63,786 nucleotides of DNA, filler included, from Choristocarpus tenellus KU-1152 (GCA_964200185.2; 9 parts of 9 records of this genome joined end to end with filler, not necessarily neighbours in it); one strand, 5' to 3'; shown: positions 1-13,324, counted from the whole stretch's first letter. Numbers and translations: made by a program. Notes: a model not told the origin generated them from the sequence alone.

Positions 1-329
1 CAGATACTTTGACCCATTTGTGAATGTTGGTAGTAGGGTAGCTGAACAAGTTTGCCCCATCCAGTACAACATTTCAGGTTCATAGTAGAAGCTCATAAAT
101 TGGTGAACAGACTACCAAGCTGTAAAGCGCATTATAACGATGTGAACATCACAAGCCACAGCCTCATTGCCTGCACTGCTGTCATGGATGGGTGTAAAAG
201 CGTCTGCAAAGCAAAAGACAAGACACTCTGATACAACTCCAATATATTTGAGACTAAACACACTGAGCAGGACAAAATATAGAGTGAATCTCCTGACCAA
301 CAACCAGTATATGGTACCTGAAGGTCAAT

Positions 330-2400
330 AGTCTGCGGGAAGATTCATCAACAAGCCTTATATCCACCAAGATCCCCCTAACATGTTTTACAGGGAAATT
401 TTAAGACCAATTAGTGGCAAACAGAATCCTAAAATGTATTGGATAGAGTAGTCCACGAAAAAAAAGTGAATGTATTGCACCAGTCAGGGATCCAAGAAAT
501 AAATTGAGCATAGAGGACAGAGCACATAACATAACCGGAGGATTACCATAGTCAGAAACATATGGTTCTCAGTAGAACTCTGTCATTACTAAGTCGGGTC
601 TTGATAGGGTCTGTCAAAGGGCTTGAGAGATCTAGCAGTTGAAGGCAGACCTACAGCTGTTGCAAGAAATTGTTGTAGCTGTTATGATTATCCACTGTAC
701 ATCGCTTCTTTGACAGAGGAAAAAGTTGCTGGAGGCTGCTTACAAAAATGGCACTGTAAATGGGTCAAAATGCTACAATTGCCACAACCGTAACACATGG
801 CACAAAAATGTCCCAAGAGGGATACCCAGGGCTATCCAGCAGTACTGTGAGGTTGAGTTAATAACTGCAAAGGCAAGTGAAACATGAAAGGCATGTTGAT
901 TGGGGTATTGACTTGACATTTACTTGGTGGAGAAACAGGTAATTGAAAGCATAATCACAGAGCCAGGAGAGTGCTGCCAGGTTGCTGGAGTCAAAACAAG
1001 TAGTGAGGTGGGGTATAGAGCAACTGTTGTTAGATATCAGATGCTGGCACCACATGAACACCTGACATAAATGCAGCTGGTTTCTATGATTTCATGGAAG
1101 AGGCTGTAGAAGGTATCCCGTCTGAGTGCTGGAGACAAACACAAAAAACATGTAAGGTATACAAAACCTAATATTATACTATAAAAAAATGCAACAAGGG
1201 TAGGGTTGGGCTTGTGCCACTCATGTCTGTTGCTTTGGCACCTGGCCTTCCCCACAACGTTTTCCCTGAAGATGGCTAATTAGTCACAGGCGAAAGCAAT
1301 CATCTCTGGCTCACATGCTGCTATACAGGGCGGAGGAGACATGAGGTCAACAGCAGTGAACGCATTGTGCTGAATATGCATTACCCGTGCATTGTTTGGT
1401 GCACCCCTGGACCCTGAAAGCGACCCAGTAATCTTCACATACCTTCACAAAGAACCATTGAAAATCACCGGAGTAGAACAAAGAGGCCTGAAGCTCTGAT
1501 AAAAAGAATATATCTAGAGTATGCAACACTGTATAGAAGATACCAACAAGGACTTCGAAGTAATTGGGTGTTAATAGCATCTGGGTAAGAATCCATCATC
1601 TGGTCAATTGAACGAGAACAAGACGAGCATAACTTGATATTTTGAGAGGCATTACGGATTTTTGGATTTCTCACTAGCATAATTGTGACTTCAACTAGTC
1701 TAATATGACTAAGACTCATAGCAAGAACAGCAGATTGAGGAATGTCAACACTTCAGTATGAAAGGTCGTAATGAGGTTTATGAATGCCTACGATGCAAAG
1801 CCTGTCATGTAGACGGACATAAGACAATCAGTCTTTAGTGAGTTGCACAAAAAAGAACCCTGTTGTCACTGTGATTTTGTATAAAAAATGATCTGAAGAA
1901 GGTATCGCCTAGCCTTGAGATCAAGGCTGACCAGCCCCATGCTAAGTGCATGGGCAAACCCATGAGAGGAGAATGGCAATGCCTTTGAACGAGTTGCAGG
2001 CAGGGATGAGCGGTGTTAATATATCTAGTCAAAACCTTACTCTTTTGCTCCAAAGTAGATACTTTGGAGTATGAGATCGATGAGAGGTGTTAATCAACAG
2101 AACATGAAGCTGAGATACAGGGCGGTGGGAGTTGTGAAAGAAGAGTGTGTTGATGTAGCCTTCCTCTGCCACAGTATGTTGATGTGGCACCACTCCTGAT
2201 AAAAGAAAAATATAGTGGAGATACTTTTGCTGCACAAGGAAGGTCACAGTAGGCTTCCTGGGTCCCCGGTGCATTGAAGATAAGTTCTAACATAGGTGAA
2301 TGCTGATGAATGTTGAAAAATATTGTGGCGGATACTTCAACATTTATGCTTCTTACTTCTGTGGACCAGTATGGGATAATGGGTAGAATCACTCGAATAC
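330..2400 (+). mobile_element. Degenerate Ty1/Copia LTR-retrotransposon internal region (gag-PR-IN...RNaseH relic)
   Basis: Motifs occur in Copia order, broken by stops and frameshifts: gag GGLP (~537); zinc knuckle CYNCHNR/HMAQKCP (771-814, one frameshift); protease-like LLDIRCWHHM (1024-1056, cf. DSGxSxHM); VALAPGL (~1228); integrase CKAC (1794-1805); RNaseH-like STEHEAE (~2094) and NIVAD (~2319). Boundaries are approximate. Confidence 0.7.
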
Positions 2401-2966
2401 TCAATTGTGGAAGTATGAAAAACAACCTCACAATTGCAAATGGTTAAGTGCTTACAAACCAATAGCCACTTCCATATGTGTATTTTGAGTCCTGTCAAAA
2501 ATCGTTCTAGCGTTTCATATTGCAGGGATCAGAAGTTCAATTCTGTCGACATGCTCGAAGAAATACCACTAAGACCAAACCTACCTACTTATTTTAGTCC
2601 AAATGTGTATCTGCCGGCCAACATTGTATGCCCAGAATTACCCTCTGGATTGGACCAGTCTGACACACTCAGCCTAGCTTGGGACTTTGCTGGTCCACAG
2701 TATATACCGCACTTTTCACAACCCCAGTGGCCTAGGACCGGATCTCTCACAAATACTATCAGACAGGCTACGGTCTGGACTGAATCTCTTGCACAGTACA
2801 GAACCCCAGGACTGAACCTGTCACAGGATCGAGCAACCAGGCTACTGCTGTCCACACTGGAGATGTCGCAAATCATGGTGGGTATTGACCAAACAATTCA
2901 AACAAACAAGCACCTGGGCCGCATTATGGACCAGACCGAACCTTTCATACACCTCACCAGCCAGAA

Positions 2967-3048
2967 CAAATACATGTAGCCAGCACAAGGACCATTCACA
3001 AATACATGTAGCCTGCACAAGGACCATTCACAAATACATGTAGCCTGC
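2967..3048. repeat. 32-bp minisatellite, ~2.6 copies
   Basis: Unit CAAATACATGTAGCC(A/T)GCACAAGGACCATTCA starts at 2967 and 2999, with a partial copy at 3031. Confidence 0.9.
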
Positions 3049-4379
3049 CAACAGTCCGGAAGGAACCTTCCACATCATAAGGCAAAGGTTAGCAGTCCAG
3101 ATGTTTTTCGGTCCACCTTTAAGACCTGTACTTTAGTCTTTTCACTCTGAGTGATATGCTTGTAGGGAAAATTAAGGTTCACACTGTAAGAGCACCTGAT
3201 ATTTGAATTACGTGCTCGAGATAATTGCAAATATGTCAATGAAATCATAATTACAACAACATAGTGGATGATAGATCTAGAATTAATGAGAGTACGCAGT
3301 AAGAAGAAAAAAAAAAAGATAAAAAAGCTCCCCCATCGATGTTTCATACCCCTACACTAAGTACAGTCTTCAACCTACTTGTTTTGGCAACCAACAACTA
3401 CTCACCTCAAGAGTCATGGCAGAAACCTCACTCCTTGCACTGTTCCTCAGAGGGAGGTCATGCAGAGACCTTGAAAGACAGCAAAAGGAAACAGAACAGA
3501 TACGGAGAGGGTGAAGGGGACTAGAGGAATGACCAGAGAAAAGGAACCAAAAGAAGAGGGAAAGTTTTGCCCTGTTGAGTTCACTACTATTTGAATACTC
3601 TTACCATGAAAGTGATAAGGGTGAGTCTTCTGATAAAATCCCCCAAAAAGGGTAAATGCATGCATAGGAAGTGTATTTTATCAAGACATACATGGTTGTC
3701 ACATGTTCAGGCTCGTGAATTTATATTAGAGAGGACCTGTGTGGATGTGTACTCGTGACTGCATCCAAACAGGAATTAAAAATTTGAATTTTCAAATATA
3801 CATCTATTCCAATCTATTTTTCAGACTTGTAGCAAATTTGCAATGTTTTTGTTTATTTGCTTGTAGAAGTCTCATTATTCCTTGAACAAATGAAACTGCA
3901 AAATTTCGCATTTATTCACTATCAGATATAGTGCCATGCACATCTCCACATTGGGATTTCCTCTCCATTGCCAAATCAGGTGTCAAGACATGTGCAGCAA
4001 CATGTATACAGATTTTTTAAAATCACCCTGGGGTCTTTTGAAGAGCGGTAATCCTACCTCTGCAAATTATGCTCCATATACACATATTTGAAATGTTTGG
4101 ACACAATTTTAGTCAACTAGAGCTATAGAGAGAGCCTCAACATAAAATGATATTTGGGCCAACCCAGGAGTTCAAGACTGATGAAAAAAATTGAAAAGTT
4201 AAAAACTGCTATGGTATACCTGGCCATTTATTATTGATCCGCGAATCTTACTTTTCTCAGAAACATTAGGATTCTTGAGCAAAAAAAAGTTTTTACTTGT
4301 TCAAGGATTCAACAAGAATCTGGGCACAACATTTGAGATAGGGTTGATACTATCTACTGAGAAGGATATCAAACGTGGG

Positions 4380-5020
4380 ATTTATTACATGATAATTCCA
4401 AGTACATATGTCGAATAGTGGAAGAAGTAAGGACTTAGGGGCCCTAATGTAGAAACAAAGTATTGTGGATTTTTGGAAAATTGGTCAAGGAGAATAGCAT
4501 TGGTTTTGCATGAGTAGTACCAATGATGATATGCGACAAAGAGAAGTGGCAAATTAAATTGAAGAGTGCACAGGAAAACAAATATCGCGCTCATATGCAA
4601 TCTTTGGGCCAAGTAGCATTTGTATACTACATACTCTTGAGTAGTCTAAAGATACTTGTAGCCACCGTGAGACGTGAAGCTGTTGGTAGCGTTACTGTCA
4701 CCATATAGACACCCTCTATTGGGACCTGCCCGTTCTGCAAAGACTTTTGAGCACAAAGATCAGTTTGATGATGTAGGTGTGTGTGGCATGGCTGTAATCC
4801 CAAATTGGTCGCTGACACAGAATGTGACATCGATGATGGCGGCTGGATGCATAGATAACCTAGGCTGTATCTTTCAAAAAAATGATATATTACAACACTT
4901 GCATCCCAACCCAATCTATTGATCAATCTTGTTCAATCCAATTCAAGAACTATGTACCACCACCTCTTGTGCCTCTTGCAAGAGTTGGGATTAGGAAATC
5001 TGTCAAGGCTGGCCAAAGCC
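4380..5020 (+). pseudogene. Degenerate SET-domain histone methyltransferase (pre-SET/SET/post-SET relic)
   Basis: Ordered motifs across frameshifts: GP*CRNKV (pre-SET end); W..STNDDMRQ...EECTGK (cf. GWG...DI..G..I.EY.GE); F*AQRSV**CRCVWHGCNPK (cf. DA...GN..RFxNHSCxPN); IFQKNDI; CASCK...ICQGW (post-SET-like). Many stops are present. Confidence 0.45.
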
Positions 5021-5739
5021 CTGCACCACAATCTGATGTTGTGGGAACTCCTTCTGACGCATATATTGGTATGTTACAATGCTGCCGATGATCACTACTA
5101 CGGCAGAGTCAGTCAGCCACATTTCAACGAAAAAGTCGTGATACGACATTATGATTTCTGAATGATTTCTGAATGGTGTGTGCCTTGCGCAAACTCTTAG
5201 CCAGATATTGTAGTATTGATATTGTAGTAAGGAAGTGGGAACATGTGCAAGGAAGTGTAGAGGGCTATGCACAGAGCACTGATAGCAGTAGACTACAAAT
5301 TTGGTCATGAAAGGAGTGTGTACTTGAGCATAGATGGGTCCTGGAGGGGGCTACACACAGAGGACCGATGGATAAGGATATGATTTGGGGTAGACTGAGA
5401 ATTTGGCAATGGAAGGGGGCTGTTGAAGAGACACTGGATAGGTTTTTGATGGAGCTCAAGTAAGAAGGCAGACTACATCAGTGACCTGGGTCCCCTTCAA
5501 CACATTAAGGAGTGGATGTATTGCACAGCTCCTGTGACCACCATTGTGCACCACTCAGAAGGAACACTGGAGGGGGGTCTGAGCCCAACTTTGGGGGAAC
5601 AAACAATTTCCACAACAAGGCCAAACAACACCCCCCAGGGCTTGAGCGAAACTAATTTTCTGGGTAACTTCACACCCGTAAGCACAAGACACCATCTTCA
5701 ACCCAGTTATCGACATCAAAACTCTGGGAGTTGTCCTAA

Positions 5740-6900
5740 TCACGCATCATCAAAATGCACAAAAACACACAATTGGTACTCAGCATAGCACCACAGCAAC
5801 TGGATTAGAAAACATCACGACACTTCACAAAAATACTATACAGTGGATTTGGTCCTAAGTTCCTAGCTTGGTGTCCAGGTATAATTCATCACAACCGGGA
5901 AAGATCACACGCAGCTTGCACAGATACACAAGGCTTGTTTTTAAAAATGACTGCACAACATGATACTTCGAAGTATTTGATACAACATAGTATGAGCCGT
6001 AAGACACTCCAGATTGCTAGATACAGACTAGTCTTCATGACGTTTACAAAACCTTGACAATTTTTCATTTGACTGAAGTTGCGGTCCAAGGAGGTGCAAA
6101 ATCAAAAGCTTTAACCCTCAAGAAATATTCTATACTTGCAAACAAGAAAATTCAATTTGGTTCAGAACTTAGAAAAACAACAATTTGGAGCTGAGCAGGT
6201 ATCCACTAGTTGTTTAATGCTGCACTATAGTCAACGGAAAATTCTATTGTGCCAATCCTCACTTTGCTCTAATAGTTTCCTCTATAGATCCATTCTGGAA
6301 CATTCACCGCAAGTTCAAATCTTTCCACAGTACCTTTCTTGCTTGGAACTTTGCCCTATTTTGTGGCCCCACAAAATATTCAAGTATTTTCTGATCTGGA
6401 ATACCACCAGTAGCCGGGTATGTCAGGGCTTTTCCATTTAACTTGTGATCCATGACATTTTGGGGGGGGTGCAACCAGGGGCTAAGTTTCTCATTAGCAT
6501 GAGGGTTATAGGTTGAACTAAGCTGTGACAAATCGTTCTAGGTATGTACCAGGTTATTTCCCACTGCAGGCCATAGAAGCCCGAACAGCCATCTACTATT
6601 TTACAAAACTGTGGGACTCAACACTTACAATATTTGTCACCCCTTATCCAGTCTAAGGTTGTATTGATTCCAGGATATCAATTGCAAAACAGAAATGTAA
6701 TGTTTCCTACTTAGGATGCTAAGGAATTCCCCTGCTGCATGGAGGAGCCCATTAACTCGAGGATCATTTCATTTGCCCTGGGTCTCAGAAACTCTTGCTC
6801 AACACAGTCTTAGGTTTTCAGATGGACCACCCTGTGGTTCTAAATAGTTAAGATATATATAATACATAGTACACACATATGATGCTTGCTAATGTATCAA
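5740..6900 (-). mobile_element. Degenerate non-LTR retrotransposon (LINE) reverse transcriptase
   Basis: The minus strand gives KWKSPDIPGYWW (~6380-6345, cf. WKAPGPDG..xWW), VPEWIYRG, a frameshifted NFRPI/AALNN-like segment, and VKAFDFAP (~6115-6092, cf. KAFDSVPH). Confidence 0.6.
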
Positions 6901-7962
6901 TTACAGCAGGGTGGAAAACATGTTACATGTGCTTGCCAGTTAATTCTGATGTTGGCCACTACATTGATGGATGCACAAAGAAGGAGGGATTTCAGTCAAC
7001 ATGCACAACAAAAGGAAACCGTGTCACCTATTAATTGCACAAGAGGCTTTACAGCGCAACTCATCAGAAATCATCAATAAGGTTGGGCCACACTCTACCT
7101 ACTAGAACCGAAGGGGGAACCAAGGAAAAACTAGAAAAAAACACCCTTTAAACTTCACATTGTGAAGCTCAAGAAAGCAAGGGCATATTATAACCCACAA
7201 AACACACTAACAAGAATACTGTATTCTTGGTTTCTTTTCCCATGAAAACATTTCAATGGGAGGATCAGTACTACACCCTACTGGTCTAACTGCTTTGCTT
7301 CAACATTTGGCAAAAAAACTTCCTTGCAGCCTTGGCTGTACATATATAATATTCAATACATAATATTCAATATATAATATTGAAGGGTTGGGGAAACCTC
7401 TTCGGTACACTCTTGAATTTCATGCAGTAGAATGGTCTTCACAAATGCCAATTGCTACGTATCTCCTTCTATAAAATGTGATGACTGTAACCATGTGTAG
7501 TGTAATCTTGTCCATTCTTAGGGGTATTATATGTTAAACAGGATGCAATTAAATAACATACATGGTTATTATCATACCGTAGACAAGCCTTTCAGTACAG
7601 TCAGAGGAGGGGAGTGTTTTTCTGTTTTCCAATTTACTACAGAAAAAAGAAAAAAACTTGAAAGTTACAATAAAACATCATTCATATGCACTACTGCAGA
7701 GCTTGTGTGCCACATATATACATGAGGCTATCTTCTTTGAATGACTACCCATATGCAAAGGCACACATCTGCACTCCAGGTCTGTGATTCATTCATTCTT
7801 TGAGGACTTTACGAGCTCTGAAAAATGCACTTCAGTACAACACAGTGAACAGAGCAAAAGAAGTCATGACTCCACAAAACATTGAATAGCACACAAGCCA
7901 TCAAAACGTCACCCGGCCTCTCCTTGGTTGAGTCAGTCCCCTCCACATAATATCATGCTTAC

Positions 7963-10250
7963 CCAATGACATGCACCAGAATCGTTCTATCCTCATTAAG
8001 CAGCCTCTTGTACTCCTGAATCACACTGGTCACATCTGACACCCCACCATCTGCAACAAGCTGTGGGATGGTAGAAATCAGCTGCTGTGGATCCTGCACA
8101 AGAGGAAGGAGGTGAAGCAGCTGTGCACCCAGGGGAGTTTGGTTTCGAGGGGTTGTAATTTGGGAGAGGTAGGAAAAAAATGGTCAGTGAAAAGATATCA
8201 TGAGGGACTCAACATGTGGTTTGACCACCCTACAGAATACTCCAGGTCCTTTCAGCACTGTTTTTTACCATCCTTCAAAGCACACTGCCACTAAATGGAA
8301 ACTAAATGGCACCATCCTTTCATTCATCTAAAACTTCTAACACCCAAAAAAATTCTTCCCTACCCACATGCTTGCTCTCACCTGGTCACAGATTGCCAAC
8401 CGTGGTGCAGAAGCATGTCGTACGGCACGAAGAATGATCTGTATGCCTCCCTCTCCCTGCCAAGCATTTGATAATTATCAACCCATCCATTGATCCATCC
8501 AAAAATTCCACCCAAGCATCCATCCACCCATCCACCCATCCAGATATTTGTTGGCCCCACAAATGGTTCCAAGTCACATTTGGTTGATGATGCACCAGGG
8601 TGAATGTGATTGTGGCAAGGGTGGAGAAAGGGATTTGTGTTAGGGCGGATTACAGAGTAGGACAAGAAGAAATAATGATGCCACACATAATACTAAAAGG
8701 AAAACTATATATATATATGACCTATTCAAGATTATCGTCTGATACGAGAGAGCTCACATCGGATATGGATTTTGTTTGACTGCACAATGGATTAGGGGTT
8801 ACATCAGTTGGCGCATGCACTGAACAAAAAGGAAGGCCTGTCAAAGTTCATAGAGAATCAAGGGTGTTTCACTGGAACTAGTAAAATTTCTTGCGGTTAA
8901 ATTGCACCCTACTCCTGTTCCTATATAGCACCCTCCGGGCCAGAACACACCATTTTGAGGTATGGATTCAGGAATACGTGAAGACCACTGACAAAAGATA
9001 GTGGTTGGGATTCACTTCTTGACTCATCATCGTGGGAAGGTGTACTGGTAAGCAGTTACGCAACCACTGCTGCGATCTGGAGTGATAATAATTTGGTCAC
9101 TCTCGCTGCTCTTCATTAACAAGGAACTTTCAGTACGTCATTGGGGGATAATGGATATAATCCAACATGGAAAATATCTCTGCAGCAGAGTGGGACAAGT
9201 GCTTGGGGCAAGGATCAGTGCAAAGTGAGTTACCTCAGGACACCACACTACTGGTGACCCTTGCTTGCCGTAGTTGAAGGTCAAACAGTGCCAACATAAG
9301 AAATGTTGCTTGATCATAATCATTCTCTTCATCTTGGCATGCTACACTCCTGATACACACCGCAAGATTTATTAGTCGTAATGAATGGTGCCGGTGCGAA
9401 TAGTGAAGGTAACATACATGTACCAATTTCCAGCTAAACGTACCAATCGATTGATCTTTGACCCCAAAAAGTATCACTGCCCACGATCAGGACGTGTGTG
9501 CCTCCCTGATCTGCACCTTCTATTCCAAGTACACATTGTCTTCCTTCGTCATCACTGAAGGAAAGCCTCAGCACAGTATTCCTCTGCCTCGTTCACCTCG
9601 AATATCCTATGCCCAAGAAGAGATTATTGTCAGGATCTACTCCGAATACTAGTAACATTACTTTGAAACTAGTCATGTTACATGAACCGCAACGTTAGAG
9701 GCAGCAGGCGACTATGATATGTTATTGGTTATAAGGATTCATTTCACCTCAATACCCATTCGGATCCTTTCCAGCAGCGCTGTTACTGCTGCCAGGCCTG
9801 TGCCTTCCTGCCTGAAGAGGAAGCAGGGTCATGAGGAATGAGGAATGAGGAATGAGGTTGGTAAAGAACCTAAAGCGAAAGAAGGGAGGTCGTATGTCTG
9901 CTCTCTGAGTATTTTCCATCTTTCAAAATAACACCTATAAACGCAACCTTGCTGTGACGGTCAGGCCACCCTTCCCTTCGAGTACCGATAAGAAAATATC
10001 AACAAGGAATGGGGTTCTCCTGGCCAGGCAGTTGAGAATAACGAAATACGAAAGGTATCTCCTACGCAAGCACATAACGCTGCAATGATCAGCACGCAAG
10101 ACCTCCACCATCACATTATAAATCGTTCATATCCCAAAAATAGAAAACCACACTTCTCAACCCAAACCTTAGAAGGGGGATGCACAACTCAACAGCATCG
10201 GCAGCATTGGCACTGGCAACCACAGCTTCCATTAAGACGTCAGGATCCAT
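7963..10250 (-). CDS. Spliced gene, 5' part; FANCD2-like helical protein (3' exons not found; possibly decaying)
   Basis: Phase-compatible GT-AG exons 10250-10168 (ATG), 10061-9948, 9811-9748, 8456-8382 and 8093-7963 give MDPDVLMEAVV...LISTIPQLVADGGVSDVTSVIQEYKRLLNEDRTILVHVIG. The last exon resembles the FANCD2 'IITSLPEILGD...LL.E...LTVPIL' segment. Extra internal exons at 9.2-9.6 kb are possible. Confidence 0.5.
9831..9857. repeat. (ATGAGGA)n intronic microsatellite, ~4 copies
   Basis: ATGAGGAATGAGGAATGAGGAATGAGG. Confidence 0.85.
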
Positions 10251-12380
10251 CTTTCCCTACTTCAGACTTCACTCATACAGGAAGGAAATTGGAATCGTGG
10301 GCTAAGTGGAGAGGGAGTGTGTCCTGTGTCCATGTCGTTGGGTATTGGGGGGGTAAACAAGGAAGACGATATCATTCAAAGATGTCAATAAATGTAGAAA
10401 TCGGAGAATCCTTTGCGTGAGAAATCGGAGAGTGTACTATGTCAACCAACAATTTTTAAAATATGAAATGTTGACAATTTTACAATATAGTGATGGTTAA
10501 ATGGGGTGTACCTCCGAGTGTTCTTTTTATTATAGACAAAACACACCAACCTTGTCGCTTTGCTCACAAATTTTGGACTAATTTATTGCCTCGTCTTTAT
10601 CTGACATCCGCTCCACTCCTCTCAACTGACGTGAAACCGCTCACTCCATACCACACCAACTATGAGACCACTTTTTGCTTATCATATCAACAAAAAAAAC
10701 AGTGCGTCAATTTCTGTTAGTGGTATCCCACTCACCATACACAATGACCACCAATTTTCCCCACTAGTGTCCAGACATCAACCAGTGGGGTCAATTTCCA
10801 CGACTGGTTTCCTTCCGGTCACCAAACAATCCAGTCATCAACCAGCAGTGTGGCCAATTTCTGTCGCTCGTATTCAATCACCAAAAAATGAGGCCAACTT
10901 CCACGAATCCACTCCCACACCAATCCTCCCAAAACAATCCACCTCCATGGATGACACTCCACATCCATCCAAGGACACTCCACAATGATCCAAAATACTA
11001 CACCTTCATCCACTCCCATATCATGCTTTTGAATCAGAAGACATCTACCTCGCCCAAGCTTGACCTCCCCCCACGCCCTCCCAACCTCCCACTCAATCGT
11101 GAGCAATCACAAGGGTGGGTGGGTGGGAAAGATTGCTCCGAAGTTGCCTTGATCCTATTCCCACTTTATCCTTCTACCCTTGCCTTTGACCTTGACCTTT
11201 TATTCTGTCCCTTTCTCCCGAGTTGCCTCCCTTCAATCCCCCTTCTAGGATACTGTGTGTCAGCAATTTATTGCACCTTATGGGACCAAGCCTTAAATCA
11301 GGTATAAGCGCAGTGTAGCTAGAAATTAAACCTTCCAGAGAGTTCAAATAAGAATAGAGAATTGAGAGTCGCTAAGTTAGTGTACTGGTCAAGGTCAATT
11401 ACACCAGTGGTCATGACCATGCCGTATGTCAGGCACCATACAAGCAGGTGCACCCGTAGCCAAGGCTATAACGTTGAATACAAGGCATGTGTATAGGATA
11501 AAACTCTCTCTTTTCTAGCCGCTCAACCCCTACAAGAGGAATATAATTTGCAAACACTTCTGTTACAGCTGTGCCCTAAATAGATGAGTCACCCAAGGCA
11601 TACGAGCCTGAAACCTTGGCGGAGGTGTAGATGGTGATGATCTACCCGTGACAAGAGAGGAAAGCAGCATCCGGTAAGCATCCGTGATGCCAATGTAGGG
11701 CAGGTCGCGCAAGAACAGATAAAATGTACGATGGAATCACTTGAGGAAGTCAAGAGTGTGGAGGTATAATGTCATTGTTGTACAGAAAAATAGATGTTAC
11801 AGCCTAAGTACCAACTTAAGGATGTTGACTGATATCTCACAGGGTTGAGGATTCACCACAACAGTTGACCTTGCATCAGGATTTAGCAAGGCCTCTAATT
11901 GTAGCATTAGCAGTTCCGCCTCCTTTTGGAATCTGTCGAATGGGAGGAGATGGGTTAGAGTTGAGCCCTGCCCCGTCCGAAATAATTCCCAGAGAACCCT
12001 TGGAGGGCAAGGCAGGCAGAGGGCCTCGATGAGCTCACCTTGGTGACTGAATGCTTTGCCTTAATTTTTTTTCAAGATTTGCAACCTTGGCTCTGAGCTC
12101 ATAGGGTTTTTACATTACAGACCACCAAGCGAAGGTTGAGGTGAAGAGCACGTTCAGGCATCAGTTGCCAATTAGGCTGTCACGACAGATTCCCTTGAAT
12201 ACATCAGGCTTTGATAATGATTCCCTGCTTCCTGGTGACTCCTCCAGTAGGTGGAAAATATGAAATTAAAACAAAGTAATTGAATTCTTATGTTAGCTGT
12301 AGTGCAGATAGTTCATAGGATTCTGTTATGCTGAAAAGAAAAACTAGTTTAATAGTTTCCAGGAATCTCACACTCATAAT

Positions 12381-12640
12381 TGAGCCAAATCAATTGAGAG
12401 ATAAGCAGGTTTGTATCCTTCTGCCTTCTGCCATATTTCTCACCTTTTTCACCTTGTGCAATACACTCTATTCCATTGCTTCATGTGCTCATTATTGTAC
12501 ATAAAATTGATATTCCCCTTTCCGCACACAAAGTGACACAACAATTCAGGAAAGATTCTTTCCGCAACGGTACAAAATGGCAACATTTTGTTCTTTCTCG
12601 TGATCCTTAAATTGGAACCCTACTTACTTCTCAGTTGTTT
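12381..12640 (+). repeat. Dispersed repeat family A, copy 1 (uninterrupted)
   Basis: Homologous by eye to 13078-13139 and to 51200-51335 + 51592-51920. Shared stretches include GAGCCAAATCAATTGAGAG, TGTGCAATACACTCTATT, AAAATTGATA.TCCCC and TTTCTCG.GATCCTTAAA. Confidence 0.75.
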
Positions 12641-13139
12641 TGACTCAGTGTTCAAGTCATTGCATGAGATAATGTGTCTTATTTACAATAGAGGGACATT
12701 ATTGTACTAGATGTACTTTTGTGTTAATTTGCCATCATGTGCACTGATCCTTTGTTTTTATGTTAACGTAGAGCCTCTACTACTTTGCCTGTGCTTCCAA
12801 GTCAAGGTCTTCCTGATCATGGTGTTGTATTTGAATATTGGGTCACCACTGAATGACATAAAGTTATACTATCCATATATGGTGTCATATGTATCAAGAC
12901 AAGAAGCTCATTTTATCAGAGGGGAGTCATGAATGGTAGAGACAAGTTCAAGGAAAAGAGGGGCACGCAGGTCTTCATGCTGCAAGTTGAAAGGGGTATG
13001 AGATGAATTTACAATATGTAGGTTATGATTCAGGGATGGGGTCAGTCTGTTTTGTGTCATAGATATATTCTTCAGGTGAGCCAAATCAATTGAGAGGTAG
13101 GCAAGGTTGGACCCTTTTGCATTCTAAGCTATCCTTCTT

Positions 13140-13224
13140 GACCCAAAGTATCTGGGGGGGGGGGGGTCTACACCGGAATGTCCATTTGAACAAAAACCCG
13201 GAAAAGGGCCCTTTCATTACCCAC
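13140..13224 (+). mobile_element. MITE family B left end (GACCCAAAGTATCTGGGG...), truncated by contig end
   Basis: The same terminus occurs at 33038, 56999 and 57650, and in reverse at 1-14, 13380-13411, 37843-37872 and 57100-57133. Confidence 0.7.
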
Positions 13225-13324
13225 NNNNNNNNNNNNNNNNNNNNNNNNNNNNNNNNNNNNNNNNNNNNTTAATTAATTAANNNNNNNNNNNNNNNNNNNN
13301 NNNNNNNNNNNNNNNNNNNNNNNN
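13225..13324. other. Artificial contig linker (44N-TTAATTAATTAA-44N); also at 21945, 33116, 37743, 40691, 45927, 56207, 60965
   Basis: An identical 100-bp spacer carrying an all-frame stop cassette occurs eight times. Confidence 0.97.

Noticed and set aside
2434-2979. 181-aa ORF as a protein-coding gene
   Set aside because: It has a non-ATG start and no recognisable motif, and lies in Copia-adjacent sequence running into a minisatellite.
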